A stretch of DNA of 64,000 nucleotides from Octopus sinensis (Eukaryota). The stretch spans positions 9,238,001 to 9,302,000 of the forward strand of contig NC_043024.1 of NCBI RefSeq assembly GCF_006345805.1, in the 5' to 3' direction. The translations under genes were made by a program, and so were the position numbers. The notes under the pieces were generated by a model that saw only the letters and a program-made list of their open reading frames with translations, did not search any database and had not been told where the DNA came from. The stretch's first letter is position 1, and each line of letters opens with the position of its first letter. This document shows, in pieces, positions 50,384 to 61,600 of the stretch.

Positions 50384-50390
<7 letters not shown>
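50061..50390. repeat. Near-perfect inverted repeat, ~142-bp arms, 45-bp spacer
   Basis: 50061-50202 is the reverse complement of 50248-50390; degenerate hammerhead-like motif on minus strand 50182-50226. Confidence 0.85.
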
Positions 50391-50424
<34 letters not shown>

Positions 50425-50427
<3 letters not shown>

Positions 50428-50598
50428 TCTCCTTGTTTCTCTCTCCGTGTTTCTTTTCTGTGTATCTTTCTGTTGAAGAGCGTAGGCTCGAAACGTAAAA
50501 GACTTGTTCTATTTATATTCCTGAACGCCATACTAATACAATTGTTTGTTTGTATTCCACCTGCCTTCGTCTTTTGTTTATTTTCATAAAGCTTCCCG

Positions 50599-50600
<2 letters not shown>
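50425..50600 (+). mobile_element. Penelope-like repeat remnant with variant hammerhead (50465-50502)
   Basis: tcttt-CTGTTGAA-gagc(gtag)gctc-GAAAC-GTA-aaaga; reverse complement of 35778-35925. Confidence 0.55.
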
Positions 50601-50653
<53 letters not shown>

Positions 50654-51036
50654 TGAATGTATTTATATGTGTGTGTATGTATGTAACCAACCTCAGATAG
50701 CATTTCCATCGCCTGTAGGAACATTAACACCACCACCACCACCACCACACCACCACCACCACCACACCACCACCACCACCACCACACCACCACCACCCAC
50801 CACCACACCACCAATACAACATCTGCTGTCTCTTCACTTAACATTCTCTTTCTCCTTAATTCCACTAATCTCTCCAGATATGACCCACTTCAAGGAACCA
50901 ATCCTAGCTAATACCCAGACATTGCAATTTTACCCTTCTCTATTCCAGCATTTTTGGAAAAATTCAAGTGATTTTCCTTCCGAATCTCCTCATTGACATT
51001 TTGGAAGAAAACTGAGCTAAATACTATAATTATTAA

Positions 51037-51107
<71 letters not shown>

Positions 51108-51185
51108 CTTCATCATCATCATCAATCATCATCATTATTATTATATTATTATTATTTTATTATTATTATTATTATTACTATTATT

Positions 51186-51217
<32 letters not shown>

Positions 51218-51239
51218 TATATTATTATTATTATTATTA

Positions 51240-51280
<41 letters not shown>

Positions 51281-51328
51281 GTTATTATTATTATCGTAGT
51301 CGTCGTCATCATCACCATCATCATCATC

Positions 51329-51402
<74 letters not shown>

Positions 51403-51451
51403 GTCGTCGTCAACATCATCATCATCATCATCATCATTATTATTATTATTA

Positions 51452-51527
<76 letters not shown>

Positions 51528-51555
51528 CGTTATTATTATAAATAATAATAATAAT

Positions 51556-51770
51556 AAACAAACATTCCGGCAAATATATAACCAAAATACCAGGACTTAC
51601 GAATGTATATAACATACAGAAAATAGCACTACTAGGCACTGCATACATCCTACGTAAGGCAATTTCAATGCAGTGACAATAAGGGCACTGCAACAAACCA
51701 CAGCACATACCCAAGGCACACAGAGCTGCGCTCGGTAGTACCGCGAAGGCACGTGATAAAAATAATACTG
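51556..51770 (+). mobile_element. R4/Dong-like (RLE) LINE extreme 3' end, subfamily 1
   Basis: Translates KYITKIPGLTNVYNIQKIALLGTAYILRKAISMQ*, homologous to the end of ORF 52045-52257; followed by (AAT)n. Confidence 0.7.
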
Positions 51771-51905
51771 AATAATAACAACAGCAAAAAATAACAACAA
51801 CAACAACAATAATAATAATAATAATAATAATGATAATAATAATAATAATAATAATAATAATAGTAGTAGTAATAATAATAATAATAACAATAATAAAAAT
51901 AATAA

Positions 51906-51936
<31 letters not shown>

Positions 51937-51937
51937 A

Positions 51938-52034
<97 letters not shown>

Positions 52035-52035
<1 letters not shown>

Positions 52036-52461
52036 GAAATCAGCATGAGCAAATATAAAGATCTTGAAATAGAAATCAGCAAAATGTGGAAGCTGAAGAC
52101 TAAAACAATACCTGTTGTCATAGGTGCCCTGGGAATGATAGCAAAAGGGGCTGATAGCTACCTAACTCAGATACCAGGAAACCCAAAAATGGCAGAAGTT
52201 CAAAAGATAGTGTTCATGGGAACTGCTCATATCCTACGCAAAATACTCTCTATGTAATCTCAAGGTTTAAAACAAACATAATTTTCGGTTTAAAAAAAAA
52301 AAAAACCTTTTTTTAGACATTCATTAGTACAACATCCCCACCCCCCAAATATATGGCACACTAGGCATAACAACATGAACTTCCAACCCTGTTGTCTCTT
52401 GAGGTCTCTGGGTGAGACTTGGAGCCAACTTGTACAAATATAAAGCAAAAGTCAAACATAG
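52035..52461 (+). mobile_element. R4/Dong-like (RLE) LINE 3' end, subfamily 2
   Basis: SKYKDLEIEISKMWKLKTKTIPVVIGALG...QKIVFMGTAHILRKIL, the end of a restriction-like endonuclease domain; (AAT)n on both sides. Confidence 0.8.
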
Positions 52462-52470
52462 AATAATAAA

Positions 52471-52506
<36 letters not shown>

Positions 52507-52526
52507 TAATAATATAATAATAATAA

Positions 52527-52575
<49 letters not shown>

Positions 52576-52632
52576 TAATAATATAATATAATAATAATAA
52601 TGAGAATAATAATTATAATAATAATAATAATG

Positions 52633-52690
<58 letters not shown>

Positions 52691-52794
52691 TAATAATAAT
52701 AAAAATAATAATAATAATAAAAATAATAATAATAAAAATAATAATAATGATAATAATGATAATAATGATAATAATAATAATAATGATGATGGTG

Positions 52795-52849
<55 letters not shown>

Positions 52850-52886
52850 TAATAATAATAATAATAAAAATAATAATAATAATAAT

Positions 52887-53364
52887 ATTGTCTTGGTATA
52901 AAAGATGGGCTACAGCAAATATTCTGCTCAATACAACAGATTTGCTTGTCAGTTGTTTGACCTTAACCAGTTGAGCATGTCCCTTAGTGGCTGACAATAC
53001 GTGCATCTCTGATCACGAGCAGAAGTAGTGGGGGAGCATCATAGCCATGTGTTGAGAGGGATTCTTGGAGGTTTGAATAATTCACCTCTGGAAACATGGG
53101 TGGTTCTTTCAACATCCTTAAACAACCCTTATTCAGGGACCTTTTGAGCGGGATGGGCTACTCAACCTGAAGAAAATTATAACTGGGCCCCACCTGCAAG
53201 GTCATGTGCTGTTTATCTTGATATGAGATCACCATGTCGCGCACATATGGTTGTGATGCATGTGCCTGGTGTACCCTTATCAGACGGGTAGTCATGATGG
53301 GTATATTGGGCTTCGTATATTTTACCCCAGTGTCACTTTGATGGCATGAACTGCTCTCTCACTC
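52887..53364 (+). mobile_element. Second, 5'-shorter copy of the 555-bp (AAT)n-embedded element
   Basis: Near-identical to about 28206-28683. Confidence 0.75.
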
Positions 53365-53404
<40 letters not shown>

Positions 53405-53519
53405 TAATAATATAATAATAATAATAATAATAATAATAACGACAACAGAGAATTCAGAGAGCACAAACCTCCGCCAAGGCAACACCAACGTCCTCTCAAG
53501 GATTAGCCAGGATGGGGGT

Positions 53520-53700
53520 TTTTTCCCCTTTCTGTGGGTCATTCAAGTGTTTTCTCTGGTCCTGTTAGAATCTCATTGAACTTCTCTGCCAGTGCCTTAT
53601 GTATCCCTGTTAAATATTTTAACCATAAATTGGGAACTCTTGTCGTGCCCTGGCACCTTCCATTTGCTTAGTTTTTGCAGCCCCTGGGTTATCTCTTTTA
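53520..53700 (-). pseudogene. R4/Dong-like RT N-terminal fragment
   Basis: Minus strand translates, across a frameshift, KWKVPGHD..VPNLWLKYLTGIHKALAEKFNEIL, resembling the WKAPGxDxIxNFWLK motif. Confidence 0.55.
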
Positions 53701-53724
53701 TTGTGATAGGCATCAATAAGTGTT

Positions 53725-54298
53725 CAGCTGGGATCTTTTCGGTTTGACCGGCAGTTTTTAAAAATAATTTCCACGTAACTAAACACTTTTAAACTTCGTA
53801 TACTGGTAGAATGTGTTTATAAAACATCTTTTTCTCTTGGCTTTATTGAGAAAATTCTATAGTTGGTAAGGTATTTGTTGTTTTTTCTTCAATTTCTGCA
53901 ATTTCAACCAATCAATGACGTCCATTGAGGTAAAAAAAAAAACATTCTGTGCCGTATGAATATGTCCCTCGTTTAAGAAACAGATTAGGTTTATTTACAT
54001 TTGTGAAGAAAAAAGATTATGGTAAATTTTCTTTTGAGAGTTAAAAAGGTCGAGTTGCGTCCCCTAGACAGTCTGTGGTTTGTGTTTCTGTTTCTCGACC
54101 CCATGTCGAATTTATCGATTTTTTTCAGAACTGGGGGAACTTTTCAAAATTTTCACTGCGTTAGTTTTGAATTATGACATTGGGCTATGTGTTTGTCAAG
54201 TTTCATCAGAATCGGTTGAAAGCTGTGGTCAGGGTGAGGGTACAACCTAACAGACACACAGACACGCACACAGACAAACTGCCGTTTATATATAGAGA
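53725..54298. mobile_element. Helentron/DINE-1-like non-autonomous element
   Basis: Subterminal inverted repeat CGGCAGTTT (53749-53757) / AAACTGCCG (54276-54284), (ACAG/AC)n near one end, TATATATAGAG terminus. Confidence 0.5.
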
Positions 54299-54347
54299 GA
54301 TACTATGTCTGTTTTGGCGTTTTACAATCCCAGTACTTATGTTATTA

Positions 54348-55050
54348 CGAGCAAAACGCCCCCCATCCAATAGACGGTGTTGAGTTGTCAAACATTTAAA
54401 CCAAATTTTCTCAAAACAACTTGTCCGACCGTCCCATAGGCCTCCCCTTTCAGAAACACTGATTTAACCTAAATTTGAGACACCAGCAAAAGAAGAAATA
54501 AAGATAGACTTTTTTTCTATTCCAAAGGAAAACGATTTTATTCACACAAATATGCAACCGAAGAGTTTAAAGTACCAGTAATGATAAGGCTGTTGACTGG
54601 GAGAACACAAACATGGTTTAAACAGTAAGCTTGGCAGGAAAGAAACGTGCCTTTAAGCAGTACAAAAACAAAAAAAAATGGAAGGTGCAGTTATGTACAG
54701 GCTGACGGAAGAAAAGCAGGACAAAAACGATACATACAAATGGGTTAGCTGGAGGTAAATCTAGATGGAAAAGTATGATGATTTTTTTATGCAAACTGCC
54801 CGTGTATTCTTCTCGCGTACGCGTAGTATCGATCGCAACAGCTGGTGTACTTGCGCGTACAAATGCACGTTCCCACGGCTTTATCGATCGCATTCTCACC
54901 TGGAATCGATTTTTGTAATTTTTTCAAGATTTATATACGCCCTGATACCGTCGGTATCAACATATCAAATTTGAGCGCAATCGGATGGAGGATGCCCGAG
55001 ATCCTGGAAGACACACACACAGACAGACAGAACGGATTTTATATAATAGA
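54348..55050 (-). mobile_element. Non-autonomous Helitron-like element, copy 2
   Basis: Minus strand starts TCTATTATATAAAATCCG, ends hairpin + CTCG|T; ends homologous to 2561-3185, central part differs. Confidence 0.65.
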
Positions 55051-55051
55051 C

Positions 55052-55600
55052 TAGGTGTTGTTCTATGGGCACCATTTGTGTCTTTCATGAGGTATTTTTC
55101 CTTTTAAATGCTCTTTTTCAATTCCTGAAACCTTTATTTTTTGGAGGAGGGAGTAGTGCAATCGATTTGGTTAATTTCCGCCCTGTGTCCATTTCAGAAT
55201 CGGTGCCCTCTAGCGGACTACAGCCACAGCCCAAATCATAATGGCAGTCACACGGTTCCTTGCATTGAGCTTTGACTTCAGGAGAAGTTTAAGGCGCTTC
55301 AAATATGCAGCGGTGACCCTGTCCTTCATTTCTCCGTGCAAGCTCCAAGATCCCAAGGTATTTGTACCCATCATCATCATCATCCGGGTCTCCCATTAGC
55401 TCTCCGTTTCCCAGTCCTATGCCCCTACAATCTGCTCTTTTTCCCTCTTCAAAATAAACAACACTGCACACTGCGAGATACCGAATTCCCTCCCTATATC
55501 CCTGCTGCAAATCTGTACAGATCAATCTGCATCTCCATATCAGGCCATATCAGGCTCTGTTTTTGTGAACAGTTTTAAAATCATCCATGAAGAGTAGGTG
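55052..55600 (-). pseudogene. R4/Dong-like reverse transcriptase fragment continuing out of the satellite
   Basis: Across frameshifts: HLLFMDD.KLFTKTEPDM..VQICSRDIGREFGISQCAV...GYKYLGILEL...AYLKRLKLLLKSKLNARN. Confidence 0.8.
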
Positions 55601-58600
55601 GTTGTGACGTGGTCCATGCACAAGTGTTTTGGTACCGTTTGCACTTCTTCATTACGACCTTATCTATCACAGGGTAGTCCTTGGTGTCCTTGGATCGTTT
55701 TGGGCATCTCTTTTGTTCTACTAGTTGATTGTTTTCTGCAAAAAAACGTATATATTTTTCCTACAGTCTCAACCTGCCTCTCCATATCAGGCCATATCAG
55801 ACTCTGTTTTTGAGAACATTTTAAAATCATCCATGAAGAGTAGGTGGTTGTGACGTGGTCCATGCACAAGTGTTTTGGTACCGTTTGCACTTCTTCATTA
55901 CGACCTTATCTATCACAGGGTAGTCCTTGGTGTCCTCGGATCGTTTTGGGCATCTCTTTTGTTCTACTAGTTGATTGTTTTCTGCAAAAAAACGTATATA
56001 TTTTTCCTACAGTCTCAATCTGCCTCTCCATATCAGGCCATATCAGGCTCTGTTTTTGAGAACATTTTTAAATCATCCATGAAGAGTAGGTGGTTGTGAC
56101 GTGGTCCATGCACAAGTGTTTTGGTACCGTTTGCACTTCTTCATTACGACTTTATCTATCACAGGGTAGTCCTTGGTGTCCTCGGATCGTTTTGGGCATC
56201 GCTTTTGTTCTACTAGAAGTAGATTGTTTTCTGCAAAAAAACGTATATATTTTTCCTACAGTCTCAATCTATCTCTCCATATCAGGCCATATCAGGCTCT
56301 GTTTTTGTGAACATTTTAAAATCATCCATGAAAAGAAGGTGGTTGTGACGTGGTCCATGCACAAGTGTTTTGGTACCGTTTGCATTTCTTCATTACGACC
56401 TTATCTATCACAGGGTAGTCCTTGGTGTCCTCGGATCGTTTTGGGCATCTCTTTTGTTCTACTAGTTGATTGTTTTCTGCAAAAAAACGTATATATTTTT
56501 CCTACAGTCTCAATCTGCCTCTCCATATCAGGCCATATCAGGCTCTGTTTTTGTGAACAGTTTTAAATCATCCATGAAAAGAAGGTGGTTGTGACGTGGT
56601 CCATGCACAAGTATTTTGGTACCGTTTGCACTTCTTCATTACGACCTTATCTATCACAGGGTAGACCTTGGTGTCCTCGGATCGTTTTAGGCATCTCTTT
56701 TGTTCTATTTGTTGATTGTTTTCTGCAAAAAAACGTATATATTTTCCTACAGTCTCAATCTGCCTCTCCATATCAGGCCATATCAGGCTCTGTTTTTGTG
56801 AACATTTTTAAAATCATCCATGAAAAGAAGGTGGTTGTGACGTGGTCCATGCACAAGTGTTTTGGTACCGTTTGCATATCTTCATTACGACCTTAGCTAT
56901 CACATGGTAGTCCTTGGTGCCCTTAGATCGTTTTGGGCATCTCTTTTGTTCTACTAGTTGATTGTTTTCTGCAAAAAAAACGTATATATTTTTCCTACAG
57001 TCTCAATCTGCCTCTCCATATCAGGCCATATCAGGCTCTGTTTTTGTGAACAGTTTTAAATCATCCATGAAAAGAAGGTGGTTGTGACGTGGTCCATGCA
57101 CAAGTGTTTTGGTACCGTTTGCATTTCTTCATTACGACCTTATCTATCACAGGGTAGTCCTTGGTGCCCTTGGATCGTTTTGGGCATCTCTTTTGTTCTA
57201 CTAGTTGATTGTTTTCTGCAAAAAAACGTATATATTTTTCCTACAGTCTCAATCTGCCTCTCCATATCAGGCCATATCAGGCTCTGTTTTTGTGAACATT
57301 TTTAAATCATCCATGAAAAGAAGGTGGTTGTGACGTGGTCCATGCACAAGTGTTTTGGTACCGTTTGCATTTCTTCATTACGACCTTATCTATCACAGGG
57401 TAGTCCTTGGTGCCCTTGGATCGTTTTGGGCATCTCTTTTGTTCTACTAGTTGATTGTTTTCTGCAAAAAAACGTATATATTTTTCCTAGTCTCAATCTG
57501 CCTCTCCATATCAGGCCATATCAGGCTCTGTTTTTGTGAACATTTTTAAATCATCCATGAAAAGAAGGTGGTTGTGACGTGGTCAATGCACAAGTGTTTT
57601 GGTACCGTTTGCATTTCTTCATTACGACCTTATCTATCACAGGGTAGTCCTTGGTGCCCTTGGATCGTTTTGGGCATCACTTTTGTTCTACTAGTTGATT
57701 GTTTTCTGCAAAAAAACGTATATATTTTTCCTACAGTCTCAATCTGCCTCTCCATATCAGGCCATATCAGGCTCTGTTTTTGTGAACATTTTTAAATCAT
57801 CCATGAAAAGAAGGTGGTTGTGACGTGGTCCATGCACAGTATTTTGGTACCGTTTGCATTTCTTCATTACGACCTTATCTATCACATGGTAGCCCTTGGT
57901 ATCCTCGGATCGTTTTTGGCATATCTTTTGTTCTACTAGTTGATTGTTTTCTGCAAAAAAACGTATATATTTTTCCTACAGTCTCAACATGCCTCTCCAT
58001 ATCAGGCCATATCAGGCTCTGTTTTTGTGAACATTTTTAAATCATCCATGAAAAGAAGGTGGTTGTGACGTGGTCCATGAACAAGTGTTTTGGTACCGTT
58101 TGCATTTCTTCATTACGACCTTATCTATTACAGGATAGTCCTTGGTGTCCTCGGATCGTTTTGGGCATCTCTTTTGTGCTACTAGTTGATTGTTTTCTGC
58201 AAAAAAACGTATATATTTTTCCTACAGTCTCAATCTGCCTCTCCATATCAGGCCATATCAGGCTCTGTTTTTGTGAACAGTTTTAAATCATCCATGAAAA
58301 GAAGGTGGTTGTGACGTGGTCCATGCACAAGTGTTTTGGTACCGTTTGCATTTCTTCATTACGACCTTATCTATCACAGGGTATTCCTTGGTGTCCTCGG
58401 ATCGTTTTGGGCATCTCTTTTGTTCTACTAGTTGATTGTTTTCTGCAAAAAACGTATATATTTTCCCTACAGTCTCAACCTGCCTCTCCATATCAGGCCA
58501 CATCAGACTCTGCTTTTGTGAACATTTTTAAATCATCCATGAAAAGAAGGTGGTTGTGACGTGGTCCATGCACAAGTATTTTGGTACCGTTTGCACTTTT

Positions 58601-61600
58601 TCATTACGACCTTATCTATCACAGGGTAGTCCTTGGTGCCCTTGGATCGTTTTGGGCATCTCTTTTGTTCTACTAGTTGATTGTTTTCTGCAAAAAAACG
58701 TATATATTTTTCCTACAGTCTCAATCTGCCTCTCCATATCAGGCCATATCAGGCCCTGTTTTTGTGAACATTTTTAAATCATCCATGAAAAGAAGGTGGT
58801 TGTGACGTGGTCCATGCACAAGTATATTGGTACCGTTTGCACTTCTTCTTTACGACTTTAACTATCACAGGGTAGTCCTTGGTGTCCTCGGATCGTTTTG
58901 GGCATCTCTTTTGTTCTACTAGTTGATTGTTTTCTGCAAAAAAACGTATATATTTTTCCTACAGTCCCAATCTGCCTCTCCATATCAGGCCATATCAGAC
59001 TCTGTTTTTGAGAACAGTTTTAAATCATCCATGAAAAGAAGGTGGTTGTGACGTAGTCCATGCACAAGTATTTTGGTACCGTTTGCACTTCTTCATTACG
59101 ACTTTATCTATCACAGGGTAGTCCTTGGTGTCCTCGGATCGTTTTGGGCATCTCTTTTGTTCTACTAGTTGATTGTTTTCTGCAAAAAAACGTATATATT
59201 TTTCCTACAGTCTCAATCTGCCTCTCCATATCAGGCCGTATCAGGCTCTGTTTTTGAGAACATTTTTAAATCATCCATGAAAAGAAGGTGGTTGTGACGT
59301 GGTCCATGCACAAGTATTTTGGTACCGTTTGCATTTCTTCATTACGACTTTATCTATCACAGGGTAGTCCTTGGTGTCCTCGGATCGTTTTGGGCATCTC
59401 TTTTGTTCTACTAGTTGATTGTTTTCTGCAAAAAAACGTATATATTTTTCCTACAGTCTCAATCTGCCTCTCCATATCAGGCCGTATCAGACTCTGTTTT
59501 TGAGAACATTTTTAAATCATCCATGAAAAGAAGGTGGTTGTGACGTGGTCCATGCACAAGTATTTTGGTACCGTTTGCACTTCTTCATTACGACTTTATC
59601 TATCACAGGGTAGTCCTTGGTGTCCTCGGATCGTTTTGGGCATCTCTTTTGTTCTACTAGTTGATTGTTTTCTGCAAAAAAACGCATATATTTTTCCTAC
59701 AGTCTCAATCTGCCTCTCCATATCAGGCCGTATCAGGCTCTGTTTTTGAGAACATTTTTAAATCATCCATGAAAAGAAGGTGGTTGTGACGTGGTCCATG
59801 CACAAGTGTTTTGGTACCGTTTGCATTTCTTCATTACGACCTTATCTATCACAGGGTAGCCCTTGGTGTCCTCGGATCGTTTTGGGCATATCTTTTGATC
59901 TACTAGTTGATTGTTTTCTGCAAAAAAACGTATATATTTTTCCTACAGTCTCAATCTGCCTCTCCATATCAGGCCATATCAGGCTCTGTTTTTGTGAACA
60001 TTTTTAAATCATCCATGAAAAGAAGGTGGTTGTGACGTGGTCCATGCACAAGTGTTTTGGTACCGTTTGCATTTCTTCATTACGACCTTATCTATCACAG
60101 GGTAGCCCTAGGTGTCCTCGGATCGTTTTGGGCATATCTTTTGTTCTACTAGTTGATTGTTTTCTGCAAAAAAACGTATATATTTTTCCTACAGTCTCAA
60201 TCTGTCTCTCCATATCAGGCCATATCAGGCTCTGTTTTTGTGAACATTTTTAAATCATCCATGAAAAGAAGGTGGTTGTGACGTGGTCCATGCACAAGTG
60301 TTTTGGTACCGTTTGCACTTCTTCATTACGACCTTATCTATCACAGGGTAGCCCTTGGTGCCCTTCGATCGTTTTGGGCATCTCTTTTGTTCTACTAGTT
60401 GATTGTTTTCTGCAAAAAAACGTATATATTTTTCCTACAGTCTCAATCTGCCTCTCCATATCAGGCCATATCAGGCTCTGTTTTTGTGAACATTTTTAAA
60501 TCATCCATGAAAAGAAGGTGGTTGTGACGTGGTCCATGCACAAGTGTTTTGGTACCGCTTGCATTTCTTCATTACGACCTTATCTATCACAGGGTAGCCC
60601 TTGGTGTCCTCGGATCGTTTTGGGCATATCTTTTGTTCTACTAGTTGATTGTTTTCTGCAAAAAAACGTATATATTTTTCCTACAGTCTCAACATGCCTC
60701 TCCATATCAGGCCATATCAGGCTCTGTTTTTGTGAACATTTTTAAATCATCCATGAAAAGAAGGTGGTTGTGACGTGGTCCATGAACAAGTGTTTTGGTA
60801 CCGTTTTCATTTCTTCATTACGACCTTATCTATTACAGGATAGTCCTTGGTGTCCTCGGATCGTTTTGGGCATCTCTTTTGTGCTACTAGTTGATTGTTT
60901 TCTGCAAAAAAACGTATATTTTTCCTACAGTCTCAATCTGCCTCTCCATATCAGGCCATATCAGGCTCTGTTTTTGTGAACAGTTTTAAATCATCCATGA
61001 AAAGAAGGTGGTTGTGACGTGGTCCATGCACAAGTGTTTTGGTACCGTTTGCACTTCTTCATTACGACCTTATCTATCACAGGGTAGTCCTTGGTGTCCT
61101 CGGATCGTTTTGGGCATCTCTTTTGTTCTACTAGTTGATTGTTTTCTGCAAAAAAACGTATATATTTTCCCTATAGTCTCAAACTGCCTCTCCATATCAG
61201 GCCATATCAGACTCTGTTTTTGTGAACATTTTTAAATCATCCATGAAAAGAAGGTGGTTGTGACGTGGTCCATGCACAAGTATTTTGGTACCGTTTGCAC
61301 TTCTTCATTACGACCTTATCTATCACAGGGTAGTCCTTGGTGCCCTTGGATCGTTTTGGGCATCTCTTTTGTTCTACTAGTTGATTGTTTTCTGCAAAAA
61401 AACGTATATGTTTTTCCTACAGTCTCAATCTGCCTCTCCATATCAGGCCATATCAGGCTCTGTTTTTGTGAACATTTTTAAATCATCCATGAAAAGAAGG
61501 TGGTTGTGACGTGGTCCATGCACAAGTATATTGGTACCGTTTGCACTTCTTCTTTACGACTTTAACTATCACAGGGTAGTCCTTGGTGTCCTCGGATCGT

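Larger units (their letters stand above)
51020..53440. repeat. Large (ATT)n/(AAT)n/(ATC)n microsatellite field hosting LINE 3' ends
   Basis: Direct reading. Confidence 0.9.
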
